Below, piece by piece: positions 39,631 to 48,173 of a stretch of 64,000 nucleotides of DNA. The stretch lies in the NCBI GenBank assembly GCA_902589825.1, contig CACIUL010000010.1:116-64115 (forward strand), given 5' to 3'. The notes below the pieces were generated by a model. That model saw nothing but the letters and a program-made list of their open reading frames with translations, ran no database searches and was not told where the DNA came from. The position numbers and the translations under genes are program-made. How positions within the stretch are numbered: position 1 is the first letter of the stretch; each line of letters starts with the position of its first letter. The stretch comes from an uncultured Verrucomicrobiota bacterium (GTDB lineage Bacteria > Verrucomicrobiota > Verrucomicrobiia > Verrucomicrobiales > DEV007).

Positions 39631-40638
39631 ATGTCTTACTGTAACCGAAGAATTGTCCTTGAGGAATATGGGGAACCATCGAGAGCCGCCAATCTCAAGA
39701 GTGAATCCATCCCGCTCCCCGGCAACGGTGAAATCCTGGTCAAAACGTCATTTGCCCCGGTCAATCCGGCTGATATCAACATACTGGAAGGACGCTACGG
39801 CAGTCTCCCGCCATTGCCGGCCACAATTGGCACTGAAGGGAGCGGGCAAGTAATCGCAACAGGCCCTGATGTGACAGATATCCGTAAAGGCGATCAGGTT
39901 CTTTATTTGTCGCGCACAGACTGCTGGCAGGACTACGTGAGCTGCACGGCAAAGCAAGTCATCAGGCTGCCCGGGGAACTACCTGAAGAAGCAGCGTGTA
40001 TGCTAAAAATAAACCCGGCAACGGCATGGCTGCTGCTCCATCAAGATGACGGTCAAATTCCTGGAGGCTGGATCGTGCAAAATGCTTCAAACTCAGGTGT
40101 TGGCCATGCCGTTATCGCCATCGCCAGAAAGCTGGGCATTCGAACCGTCAACTTCGTTCGTCGCGAAGAATTAATAAAACCCCTTCTTGAAGCAGGGGGA
40201 AATGTTGTCGTGATGGATAATGACGAGGGCAAGAACTCAGCCATGGAACAAATCGGGAATGCTCCTGTCGAATTGGCTCTCAATGCAGTCGGCGGTGAAA
40301 GCTCCCTGCGCATCATGTCCATGTTATCTGAAGGTGCCACACACATCACCTATGGAGCAATGGGTAAACGTCCTTTGAAGGTTCCAAACAGCATGCTGAT
40401 TTTCAAGAATTTGAAATTAAGGGGGTTTTGGCTGACGAAATGGCTGAGAACCACGGAACAAGGGGAAATTGAGAATGTATACAGAACCCTCTGTCAGTTA
40501 ATGCTCTCAGGCAGCATGCAACAGCCGGTGGACTCGGTTTATCCACCGGAGAATGTTTCTTCAGCCATCAAACGGGCTACAGAAAATCGTCGTTCAGGTA
40601 AAGTCCTGCTCGACTTCAGGACCAATGCCAGTGAATAA
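39631..40638 (+). CDS. MDR-family NAD(P)H-dependent oxidoreductase (enoyl reductase/quinone oxidoreductase-like)
   Basis: GroES-like N-domain (NPADINILEGRYG) and a Rossmann-type motif (NASNSGVGHAVIAIAR). Confidence 0.7.
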   Translation: MSYCNRRIVLEEYGEPSRAANLKSESIPLPGNGEILVKTSFAPVNPADINILEGRYGSLPPLPATIGTEGSGQVIATGPDVTDIRKGDQVLYLSRTDCWQDYVSCTAKQVIRLPGELPEEAACMLKINPATAWLLLHQDDGQIPGGWIVQNASNSGVGHAVIAIARKLGIRTVNFVRREELIKPLLEAGGNVVVMDNDEGKNSAMEQIGNAPVELALNAVGGESSLRIMSMLSEGATHITYGAMGKRPLKVPNSMLIFKNLKLRGFWLTKWLRTTEQGEIENVYRTLCQLMLSGSMQQPVDSVYPPENVSSAIKRATENRRSGKVLLDFRTNASE

Positions 40639-40645
40639 AAATGTC

Positions 40646-42028
40646 ATGGATGATCTCTTTGATTTTACTAATCAGGAACAGAGCAACATCGGCAATACTG
40701 CTTCGATATTCAGTGTCACTCAGTTAACGCGAAAAATCCGTAACCTTCTTGAAGAGCGTGTTGGTGAAGTATTGGTTGAAGGGGAAATAAGTAACCTGCG
40801 CAAACAATCCTCAGGTCACCATTATTTTACCCTCAAGGATGAAGGTGCCCAGATTTCCTGTGCGCTGTTTCAAAATAAAGTTCGCAACCTCGCCTTCCCG
40901 CTTGAAGATGGAATGAAGGTGCAGGTCCTGGGTAAGGTCTCAGTCTATCAGGCACGGGGTAATTACCAGATTATCGTTGAGCTTGTGCAGGCCAAGGGAA
41001 TTGGTGCCCTGCAGGCCAAGTTTGAAGCACTAAAGCGAAAACTGGACAGCGAAGGACTATTTGATGCCTCCACCAAGAAATCCGTTACGGATTTCCCCGA
41101 CACGATCTGCCTGGTTACATCACCCACCGGTGCAGCCTTGCGTGACATCCTGAGTATACTGGAAAGACGGGCACCCTGGGTGCGGGTGCTGGTTTACCCT
41201 GTCCGGGTTCAGGGAAAAGAAGCTGCAGGCGAAATTTCACGAGCATTGGATTTTCTCTCCAGCTGGAACGGGCAGACTGACACGACGATTGATACCGTTA
41301 TCATCACGCGTGGAGGAGGCAGCCTGGAGGACTTGTGGCCATTCAATGAGGAAAAACTTGCACGTGCTATCCATGAGTTCCCACTGCCTATCGTGTCTGC
41401 AATTGGCCATGAAATTGACTTCACCATCTCAGACTTTGTGGCGGATTTACGGGCACCCACACCCAGTGCCGCTGCTGAATTGGTCGTGCCGAATGCGGAA
41501 GATCTGCGTGCCCGCATTGCACAGATGGCTTTAACCCTCAAGAGAACAGCTGATACTGCAATCGGCCGCCAAACTGATCGCATCAACTACCTTGCCGGAA
41601 GCACCCTGTTAAAGGAACCAATACGGATAGTTTCCGACCTGACTCAGGACAATGACCGGGCAGGCGAAAAACTGCTATCCGCATTCCAGGAAGCCATTGG
41701 AGAAAAGGGAAATCTAATTAGCGAACGACGGCATCAACTGACACTTCTTCATCCTGTGAAACGGCTGGAATCCGTCTCCGGCAGGTTCTCCCTGCTGGCC
41801 AACCGTCTTGCAAGCTCGGCACTGGCCCAATGCCAGGCGCTCAGTGAGCGTTGCACAAGTGCCGCATCTGCACTGAAAAATCTCGGTCCTGATTCGGTAT
41901 TGTCCCGTGGATATTCAATTACCCTGGATGAGAATGGCAACCTGGTCGAATCAGCAAAGAGCACAAAACCAGGCGAGCGGATTGTATCCAGACTTTCTGA
42001 CGGTGAAATCCGCAGTGTCGTTGAATAA
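40646..42028 (+). CDS. xseA: Exodeoxyribonuclease VII large subunit
   Basis: OB-fold N-terminus (SVTQLTRKIRNLLEE...VEGEISN...SGHHYFTLKD), then TRGGGSLEDLWPFN and SAIGHEIDFTISDFVADLRAPTPSAAAE. The start is chosen after the upstream stop; an alternative ATG lies at 40625. Confidence 0.9.
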   Translation: MDDLFDFTNQEQSNIGNTASIFSVTQLTRKIRNLLEERVGEVLVEGEISNLRKQSSGHHYFTLKDEGAQISCALFQNKVRNLAFPLEDGMKVQVLGKVSVYQARGNYQIIVELVQAKGIGALQAKFEALKRKLDSEGLFDASTKKSVTDFPDTICLVTSPTGAALRDILSILERRAPWVRVLVYPVRVQGKEAAGEISRALDFLSSWNGQTDTTIDTVIITRGGGSLEDLWPFNEEKLARAIHEFPLPIVSAIGHEIDFTISDFVADLRAPTPSAAAELVVPNAEDLRARIAQMALTLKRTADTAIGRQTDRINYLAGSTLLKEPIRIVSDLTQDNDRAGEKLLSAFQEAIGEKGNLISERRHQLTLLHPVKRLESVSGRFSLLANRLASSALAQCQALSERCTSAASALKNLGPDSVLSRGYSITLDENGNLVESAKSTKPGERIVSRLSDGEIRSVVE

Positions 42029-42066
42029 TATAGGCTGACATCACCCGGAAGTGCCTGCCTTTACCG

Positions 42067-42107
42067 TGCGGGTAATTGGATGTGCCCTGCGGGTAGTTGG
42101 ATGTGCC
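42067..42107. repeat. Tandem 21-bp direct repeat (2 copies, 1 mismatch) in the convergent xseA/ssb intergenic region
   Basis: tgcgggtaattggatgtgcc (42067-42086), c, tgcgggtagttggatgtgcc (42088-42107). Confidence 0.8.
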
Positions 42108-42112
42108 AGCCC

Positions 42113-42574
42113 CTAAAAGGGGATATCATCATCATCACCCGAGGAAAATTGAGCACCATCATTTTCGGCTGGCTCCTGAGATCCCTGCTGGGCAGGTGCA
42201 CTTTCCCTTCCTTGCTGAAACCCGCCTCCACCTCCACCATCTCGACTTCCAAGAAGCTGCATTTGCTCACCCACCACTTTTAATTTGGAACGTTTCTGTC
42301 CGCTGTTCTTGTCTTCCCAGCTATCCATCTGTAAACGACCTTCGATATAAACAGGCCGGCCTTTTTTCAGATATTCTCCGGCAACCTCAGCCTGTCGTCC
42401 CCAAAGAGTCACGTCCACAAACGTTGTCTCTTCCCTTTTCTCTCCACCATCAGAGGAATAGTAACGATTCATCGCCAACCCAAGGTCAGTGACCGCTGTC
42501 CCCTTTGGGGTAAAGCGAACTTCAGGATCTCGGGTACAATTGCCAACAAGAATGACTTTATTTACTGATGCCAT
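42113..42574 (-). CDS. ssb: Single-stranded DNA-binding protein
   Basis: OB fold (MASVNKVILVGNCTRDPE), a Gly/Gln-rich linker, and the acidic tip DDDIPF. Confidence 0.95.
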   Translation of the reverse strand: MASVNKVILVGNCTRDPEVRFTPKGTAVTDLGLAMNRYYSSDGGEKREETTFVDVTLWGRQAEVAGEYLKKGRPVYIEGRLQMDSWEDKNSGQKRSKLKVVGEQMQLLGSRDGGGGGGFQQGRESAPAQQGSQEPAENDGAQFSSGDDDDIPF

Positions 42575-42694
42575 GCAAATAAAGGTACAGAAAGAAAACG
42601 CTCAGAGAAACCTTTTTCCGCAGAAAAATACGCATCGCAAGGGAATAAGGTGACCAATGGAGCCACTTCCCTCAAATTACAGCCAAACAAAGGC

Positions 42695-42979
42695 TTATCG
42701 AAGCTGGTAATGCTGGAGATGAACAGCCTCATTGAGGCTGAGCGCACTCTTGATCTTATCAATCGACTCCGGCAGGGCTGAAAAGTGATAGCTGACATAA
42801 TGACCCGAAGCAAGTTTACGGGCATTATAGGCAAAGTCCTTTCGACCGAGTTGCTCAATTTGTTCCAGGGCACCTCCTTCACTTTCAATAGCCCGCCCAA
42901 TGCCTTGGACAAGCTGATCCACATCCGCCTCGTGACCCGTGGTATCGAGAACAATCATGCCTTCGTAATCTCTTTTCAT
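42695..42979 (-). CDS. rpsF: 30S ribosomal protein S6
   Basis: 94 aa. MKRDYEGMIVL...LGRKDFAYNARK...GHYVSYHF. Its ATG overlaps the pth stop. Confidence 0.85.
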   Translation of the reverse strand: MKRDYEGMIVLDTTGHEADVDQLVQGIGRAIESEGGALEQIEQLGRKDFAYNARKLASGHYVSYHFSALPESIDKIKSALSLNEAVHLQHYQLR

Positions 42980-43626
42980 TTGTTGTCTATTTGTTTGTCT
43001 TCAGCCGGTAAATCGGTCTTGGGCAGTGAATCTTTAGCTTTTAATGGCTGTTTGTCCTGCTTTTTCTTTTCCTTTCCAACTACGGCGTTGAATCGGGTCA
43101 TCGCAACAGACAGCCCCTGCTCAATGATTACTGTGAGTGCTAATACCGCGTTTTTTACCGTTTTTTCAAGTTCTGATCGCTCTTCTTGGCGGAATTTACC
43201 AAGAACATGCTTAACCGTTCCCCTGCTGCCCGAACCTATCCCAATCCTTAAGCGCGGGAACTCCTGAGTCCCAAGGTGGTTAATGATCGACCGCATGCCG
43301 TTGTGCCCTCCGGCCGACCCGCTCCCGCGGATACGAAGCCGGCCAAGGGGCAAATCCATGTCATCATAGAGGACAAGAATCTGTTCAGGGCTGATCTTGT
43401 AATATGCAGCCACTTGCGCAACGGCAACACCACTATCGTTCATGTAGGTTTGCGGCTTGATTAGGTAACGCTCTTTATCCTTGGAAATCCTGGCCTTCCA
43501 CCTTTTCTCGTCATTAAGTTCCAGGCCAAGGTCACTGGCATATTGATCTATCACCATGAACCCGGCATTGTGCCTGGTATCAAGATAATCCTTCCCAGGG
43601 TTACCAAGGCCAACGATCAATCGCAT
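42976..43626 (-). CDS. pth: Peptidyl-tRNA hydrolase (with Lys-rich C-terminal extension)
   Basis: MRLIVGLGNPG...TRHNAGF...GHNGMRS. Confidence 0.9.
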   Translation of the reverse strand: MRLIVGLGNPGKDYLDTRHNAGFMVIDQYASDLGLELNDEKRWKARISKDKERYLIKPQTYMNDSGVAVAQVAAYYKISPEQILVLYDDMDLPLGRLRIRGSGSAGGHNGMRSIINHLGTQEFPRLRIGIGSGSRGTVKHVLGKFRQEERSELEKTVKNAVLALTVIIEQGLSVAMTRFNAVVGKEKKKQDKQPLKAKDSLPKTDLPAEDKQIDNK

Positions 43627-43681
43627 GGATCAACGATTGTCTCCCGTTGCCATATACTCGAACTGACTCAGGCCTAAAGAC

Positions 43682-44356
43682 CTAGCCGTCGCTGTCGGAT
43701 TCCCCGCCTTCAGCCGCGTCCTCTGCCTCGCCCTCAGCAGCTTCGCCCCCATCCTCAGGTGTTGCATCATCAGCGGTCTCCGACAATGCAGCCCTCGTCT
43801 CATTAACAATGGCAATCAGGACAGAGTCATCCAGGGAAGCACCAACGCCCTCTGGGAACGGAGCCGAGCCGATACTCAGGCTGTCGCCGATATCAAGGTC
43901 ACTGACATCAAAGGACAAAACCGATGGAAGATCCTTGGGCAGGCAGTGCACCTCAATGTCGTGCAGCAGGGTATCCAGAATGCCTCCCTGCTTAATCCCA
44001 ATCGCCTCGCCGGTAAGTTCAACGGGTACCCTGGCGTGAATCTCGTTATCTTCACTAACGGCATTGAAATCCACGTGGAGAATCTTGCCCGAAATGGAAT
44101 GGTGCTGTACGGCCTGGATAAGGGCCAACTTGTCGGATTCCTTGGCCCCTTCGATCTGAAGGTTTACCAGGATCTGCACGCTGGCACTGTGGCGCAGTAT
44201 GTCTTCAATAGCCTTGGCCTCGATCTGCACAGCGTAATTGTCCTGCGATGCACCATAAACAACACCCGGAATAAAGCCTGCGCGACGCAAGCGACCCACA
44301 GCAGCACTACCTACTGATTCTCTTTTCTCTGCCTTTAGATTGATCTGATCTGCCAT
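43682..44356 (-). CDS. rplY: 50S ribosomal protein L25 / general stress protein Ctc
   Basis: Internal ATG at 44356 gives MADQINLKAEKRES...LRRAGFIPGVVYG. The C-terminal tail is acidic. Confidence 0.85.
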   Translation of the reverse strand: MADQINLKAEKRESVGSAAVGRLRRAGFIPGVVYGASQDNYAVQIEAKAIEDILRHSASVQILVNLQIEGAKESDKLALIQAVQHHSISGKILHVDFNAVSEDNEIHARVPVELTGEAIGIKQGGILDTLLHDIEVHCLPKDLPSVLSFDVSDLDIGDSLSIGSAPFPEGVGASLDDSVLIAIVNETRAALSETADDATPEDGGEAAEGEAEDAAEGGESDSDG

Positions 44357-44427
44357 AACTATTTGCCGATTGTAGACTTGCGCTAAATCACCGATAAGCG
44401 CGAGGGGTGGCAATCCTATTCTTCCTT

Positions 44428-45351
44428 CTACCCGATGTCAAAAAGAGAAGTGACCGACTCGTCGTTGTGGATACGGCTAATCCCTTCCCCCATTAACCCG
44501 GCAATACTGATCGTGGTTACCTTGGGTCCTTTAGCCATTGGAGTGCTGTCAGTGGTAATCAACTCCTCAATAGCCGAATCAGAAAGACGCTTTTTGCCAA
44601 TTTCACCCAGAACACCATGTGAGACACCTGCATAAATCTTCCCCGCTCCCCGCTCCTGCAGCAACTCTGCAGCGGCACATAACGTCCCCGCAGTCTCAGT
44701 CATGTCATCAACCAGCAGAATATCACAACCTTCAACATCGCCAATCACGTTTAATGCCTCAACCTTGGTTGCACTGATTCGCCGCTTGCCGACAATAGCC
44801 AACGGAACATCTAGTGCCTTGGCATATGCATCGGACATCTTGAGGCCGCCGACATCCGGGGATACAACAGTCAGGTTCTTGATGTCCTTGCTCCTGAGGT
44901 AACCAATCAGGACAGGGGCCGCATACAAATGGTCAACAGGAATATCAAAAAATCCCTGAATCTGGCCGGCATGCAGATCCATTGTGAGCACACGGTTGAC
45001 TCCTGCCGCCGCGAGAAGGTTTGCAACCAACTTGGCTGTTATAGGAACCCTTGGCTGATCTTTGCGGTCCTGCCTCGCGTAACCAAAGAAAGGAATGACA
45101 GCGGTTATCCGTGCTGCACTCGCCCTTTTGGCTGCATCCACTGTGATCAGCAGTTCCATGAGATTGGAATTGGTCGGGGGACAGGTGGGTTGAATGATGT
45201 ATACATCACTGCCCCTCACATTCTCGTTAATCTTCACGAACGTTTCGCCATCAGGAAATGCAGTAACGGTGGCATCACATGGTGTCACCTTGAGATAATC
45301 GGCAACACTTTGAGCCAAGTCGGGATGAGCACTGCCAGATATAATCTTCAT
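44428..45351 (-). CDS. prs: Ribose-phosphate pyrophosphokinase
   Basis: 307 aa. Motifs YARQDRK, VSPDVGG and LVDDMTETAGT. Confidence 0.95.
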   Translation of the reverse strand: MKIISGSAHPDLAQSVADYLKVTPCDATVTAFPDGETFVKINENVRGSDVYIIQPTCPPTNSNLMELLITVDAAKRASAARITAVIPFFGYARQDRKDQPRVPITAKLVANLLAAAGVNRVLTMDLHAGQIQGFFDIPVDHLYAAPVLIGYLRSKDIKNLTVVSPDVGGLKMSDAYAKALDVPLAIVGKRRISATKVEALNVIGDVEGCDILLVDDMTETAGTLCAAAELLQERGAGKIYAGVSHGVLGEIGKKRLSDSAIEELITTDSTPMAKGPKVTTISIAGLMGEGISRIHNDESVTSLFDIG

Positions 45352-45562
45352 TGTGGATGCGAAACGCTGTTACGTATTGATGGATGCAACACGAAAGCGC
45401 TGCACTTTGCAATGCAGATTTGCGGTGTATTGCCATCTGCTCAACCTTGCATTCCTGTTGAAATAATTTAAAATATTAGCAACAACAGCTGACACCCTTG
45501 GCCCAAGTTCCCCCCCAGCCTAGCCGTAAGCATGGCTCAAAAAAGACCCGTCTAGTACGGCC

Positions 45563-46525
45563 ATGAACAATCACAGGCAACTCAATCCCTTGCTTTGGTT
45601 AAGGGAAAACCCGATTGCAACAGCTCTTTTGCTCACAATCACCGGGACTCTCGTTTATTTTTACGGTGCCATAGAGCTATTTGGCAATTATCGCAAACAA
45701 ACGGTGATTTACTGGATATGGGCTATTTGCGGCAAAACAGAGTATGATTACGGTCACGGTCGCTTTGTGCCTTTGGCGATGGCGTTTTTAATCTTCCGGG
45801 CACGAAAAAAAATCCTTTCTGCCCCGCGCTCAAGCGAATGGTGGGGGCTGGCCATCCTGATATTGGGAATATTCTTCTATATTGTGGCGTATCGCACCAT
45901 TCAGGCCAGGGTAGCGGCAGGGTCAATCCCGTTTGTCTTGTATGGGCTCATTGCGTTTATCTGGGGCCGGCATGTGGCCCGGCACTTCATATTTCCTTTA
46001 ATACTTGTATATTTCGCCATTCCCCTGCCCGGCCTTACACAGGCAACCAACGGCCTGCAGGTTATCGCCACGCAGATCGCATACCATGTCTCATCAATCT
46101 GTGGTGCCGATATTATCGCCGCGGGGACAAACATTCAGTCAGCGGCAGGAAAATGGGATGCCCTGGCCATCGCCGAAGGGTGCTCTGGGGTCAGGTCTTT
46201 AATAGCCCTTACATTCATTGCGGCTGTATACGGCAACCTGACCCAAGACAAAGTATGGAAACACATCGTTCTCATCGGTGTTTCAGTGCCCCTGGCAATC
46301 CTTGCCAATTCTATAAGGGTCACCACCATTATCTTGATCGCTGAATACGGGGATGCGGAATTTGCAGCCAAGACCTACCACAATTTTTCCGGTTTCATCT
46401 TCTTCCCGATGGGTCTTGCAGGGCTGCTGCTTTGCGGTTTCCTGATCAATGGCGGCTGGAAAAGGGAGCGTCAAAAAACAACCACGAGGATTATTCAATC
46501 AGGTGCTGAGAAGCCCCGCGAATAA
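45563..46525 (+). CDS. Exosortase (EpsH-family transpeptidase)
   Basis: 320 aa, polytopic. Candidate catalytic Cys in IAEGCSGVRSL, Arg in LANSIRVTTI, and His in KTYHNFSGFIFFP. It sits immediately upstream of an EpsI gene. Confidence 0.8.
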   Translation: MNNHRQLNPLLWLRENPIATALLLTITGTLVYFYGAIELFGNYRKQTVIYWIWAICGKTEYDYGHGRFVPLAMAFLIFRARKKILSAPRSSEWWGLAILILGIFFYIVAYRTIQARVAAGSIPFVLYGLIAFIWGRHVARHFIFPLILVYFAIPLPGLTQATNGLQVIATQIAYHVSSICGADIIAAGTNIQSAAGKWDALAIAEGCSGVRSLIALTFIAAVYGNLTQDKVWKHIVLIGVSVPLAILANSIRVTTIILIAEYGDAEFAAKTYHNFSGFIFFPMGLAGLLLCGFLINGGWKRERQKTTTRIIQSGAEKPRE

Positions 46526-46534
46526 AGAATAAGC

Positions 46535-47239
46535 ATGATTTGTAAACTGCTCATCACCCAGGCTGTTCTGGGCATTGGCCTCAGCGGAATCTACCTGCTG
46601 CCCGAGACCGTCAGCATGAGGCAGTCGGCGATTGTCATGAGTCTGCCCTCAGACCAGCCAGGCTGGAAATTCGAGCCTTCCGAACCCTCAAAACAAGTCC
46701 TCGATGCCCTTGCAGATGATACTGGTCATGAACAAGGTTTCTATTATCGAACAACCCCGGGAAGAATTGGAAAACTGGATTTAATCCGGGCTTATATTGT
46801 CCTTTCCGGTGAAGACATGAACAACAGTATTCATCGCCCTGAACGTTGCCTTTATGCGCAGGGTTTTGAAATACTGGATTCACAAACTATTGATATTGAA
46901 GTGGGTGAAGGCGTTACCATACCTGCTCAAAAGCTGACCGCCGAACATCGCTCATCAGGCATCAAGCAGGTATCCTATTACTGGTTTACGGGCGCTGAGG
47001 TAATTACTTCAAGCCATTATCAAAGAACTCTAACGGACATATGGGACAGGTTGATTACCGGCACCAATCAGCAATGGGCCTTCGTGACAATCTCGGCCTC
47101 CCTCAATGGTGAACCTCCCCTGACCCACCATGATGAGCAATACACTAATAAAATGCTCAGCCAATTCATCAGCGAAATTTTCCGCAAGATCCATAAGGTC
47201 GAACAACTTGGTGGAAAATGGAATCCTGCCGGGCCATAG
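46535..47239 (+). CDS. EpsI-family exosortase-associated protein
   Basis: One TM helix followed by a periplasmic domain with the motif HRPERCLYAQGF. It starts 9 nt after the exosortase stop. Confidence 0.75.
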   Translation: MICKLLITQAVLGIGLSGIYLLPETVSMRQSAIVMSLPSDQPGWKFEPSEPSKQVLDALADDTGHEQGFYYRTTPGRIGKLDLIRAYIVLSGEDMNNSIHRPERCLYAQGFEILDSQTIDIEVGEGVTIPAQKLTAEHRSSGIKQVSYYWFTGAEVITSSHYQRTLTDIWDRLITGTNQQWAFVTISASLNGEPPLTHHDEQYTNKMLSQFISEIFRKIHKVEQLGGKWNPAGP

Positions 47240-47270
47240 CTGAGTTGCCGCCATCCCAACTGTCCGGCCC

Positions 47271-48173
47271 ATGAAAATCATTCATCCAAGCCTGTACCGT
47301 CGTCCTGAGCTCTTCTTCAGGCCTTCACAAATTATCCGCAGAATCCTGTGGGAATTCAAACGCCCAAAAAAGAATGTACTAGTGAGTTTACCTTGGGGTT
47401 TACAGGTCAATGTCTCACCCAATGACCGGATAGGTGCCTCAATTCTCAAAACCGGCAGCTACGACACGGCAGTCCTGGAATGCCTGTACCGACTGGTGGA
47501 TGAGGAAGACCTCTGCCTGGATATCGGGGCAAATTTCGGGCTGATGACCGGAGTGATGGCCCTGGCCGCAGGCAAGAGGGGCAAGATTATCGCTTTTGAG
47601 CCGCACCCGGAAATAGCCAGCAGCCTGCAAGAGCATATTGAAAGATGGCGGGAGACTCCCCGCCTTGGCACCATTCAGGTCATCAACAAGGCCGTAAGTG
47701 AGAGAGCCGGAACGGCACAACTTGAAATTCCAGGGGAATTCCACTGCAACCGCGGGACAGCAAGGATTCATCAAGCAGGAGAGACCGGGGAAACAATGAA
47801 GCTGATCAAGGTCGACACGATCTGCCTGGATAATTTACTTGATGATCCCCAAGTAAGAATAGGAATGCTCAAGATTGACATCGAAGGACATGAAAAAGCC
47901 GCGCTTTCCGGCGCGGCTGGCTTATTAAAACGCGGTGCAATCCGCGATATCATCTATGAAGAGCAGGCTGAATATCCTTCCCCTGTCAGTAAATACCTGG
48001 AGCAGTTCGGGTATACAATCTACCTGATCCGGAAAGGTCTGCTGAAGCCCATTCTGATGCCTCCTGAGACTCCGCTTTATGAGCTGGGTAACTATTTGGC
48101 CACGCGCAATCCACAAAGGGTGGAAAAACGCATCGCCAACAAGGGTTACAGTATACTGCGCAACCTCTGTTAA
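47271..48173 (+). CDS. FkbM-family methyltransferase
   Basis: CLDIGANFGLMTGVMA...IIAFEPHPE...LKIDIEGHEKAAL. Confidence 0.75.
   Translation: MKIIHPSLYRRPELFFRPSQIIRRILWEFKRPKKNVLVSLPWGLQVNVSPNDRIGASILKTGSYDTAVLECLYRLVDEEDLCLDIGANFGLMTGVMALAAGKRGKIIAFEPHPEIASSLQEHIERWRETPRLGTIQVINKAVSERAGTAQLEIPGEFHCNRGTARIHQAGETGETMKLIKVDTICLDNLLDDPQVRIGMLKIDIEGHEKAALSGAAGLLKRGAIRDIIYEEQAEYPSPVSKYLEQFGYTIYLIRKGLLKPILMPPETPLYELGNYLATRNPQRVEKRIANKGYSILRNLC

Noticed and set aside
45805-45812. A8 homopolymer inside the exosortase gene and a C7 tract at 45510-45516 upstream, as possible phase-variation switches
   Set aside because: Tracts of this length occur elsewhere in the window in ordinary genes (for example A8 in the sulfatase gene). 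They are too short for slippage without population data.
48170-48173. Convergent FkbM and Stealth genes sharing a palindromic TTAA stop overlap
   Set aside because: A 4-nt convergent overlap is a compact-genome curiosity with no evident function.
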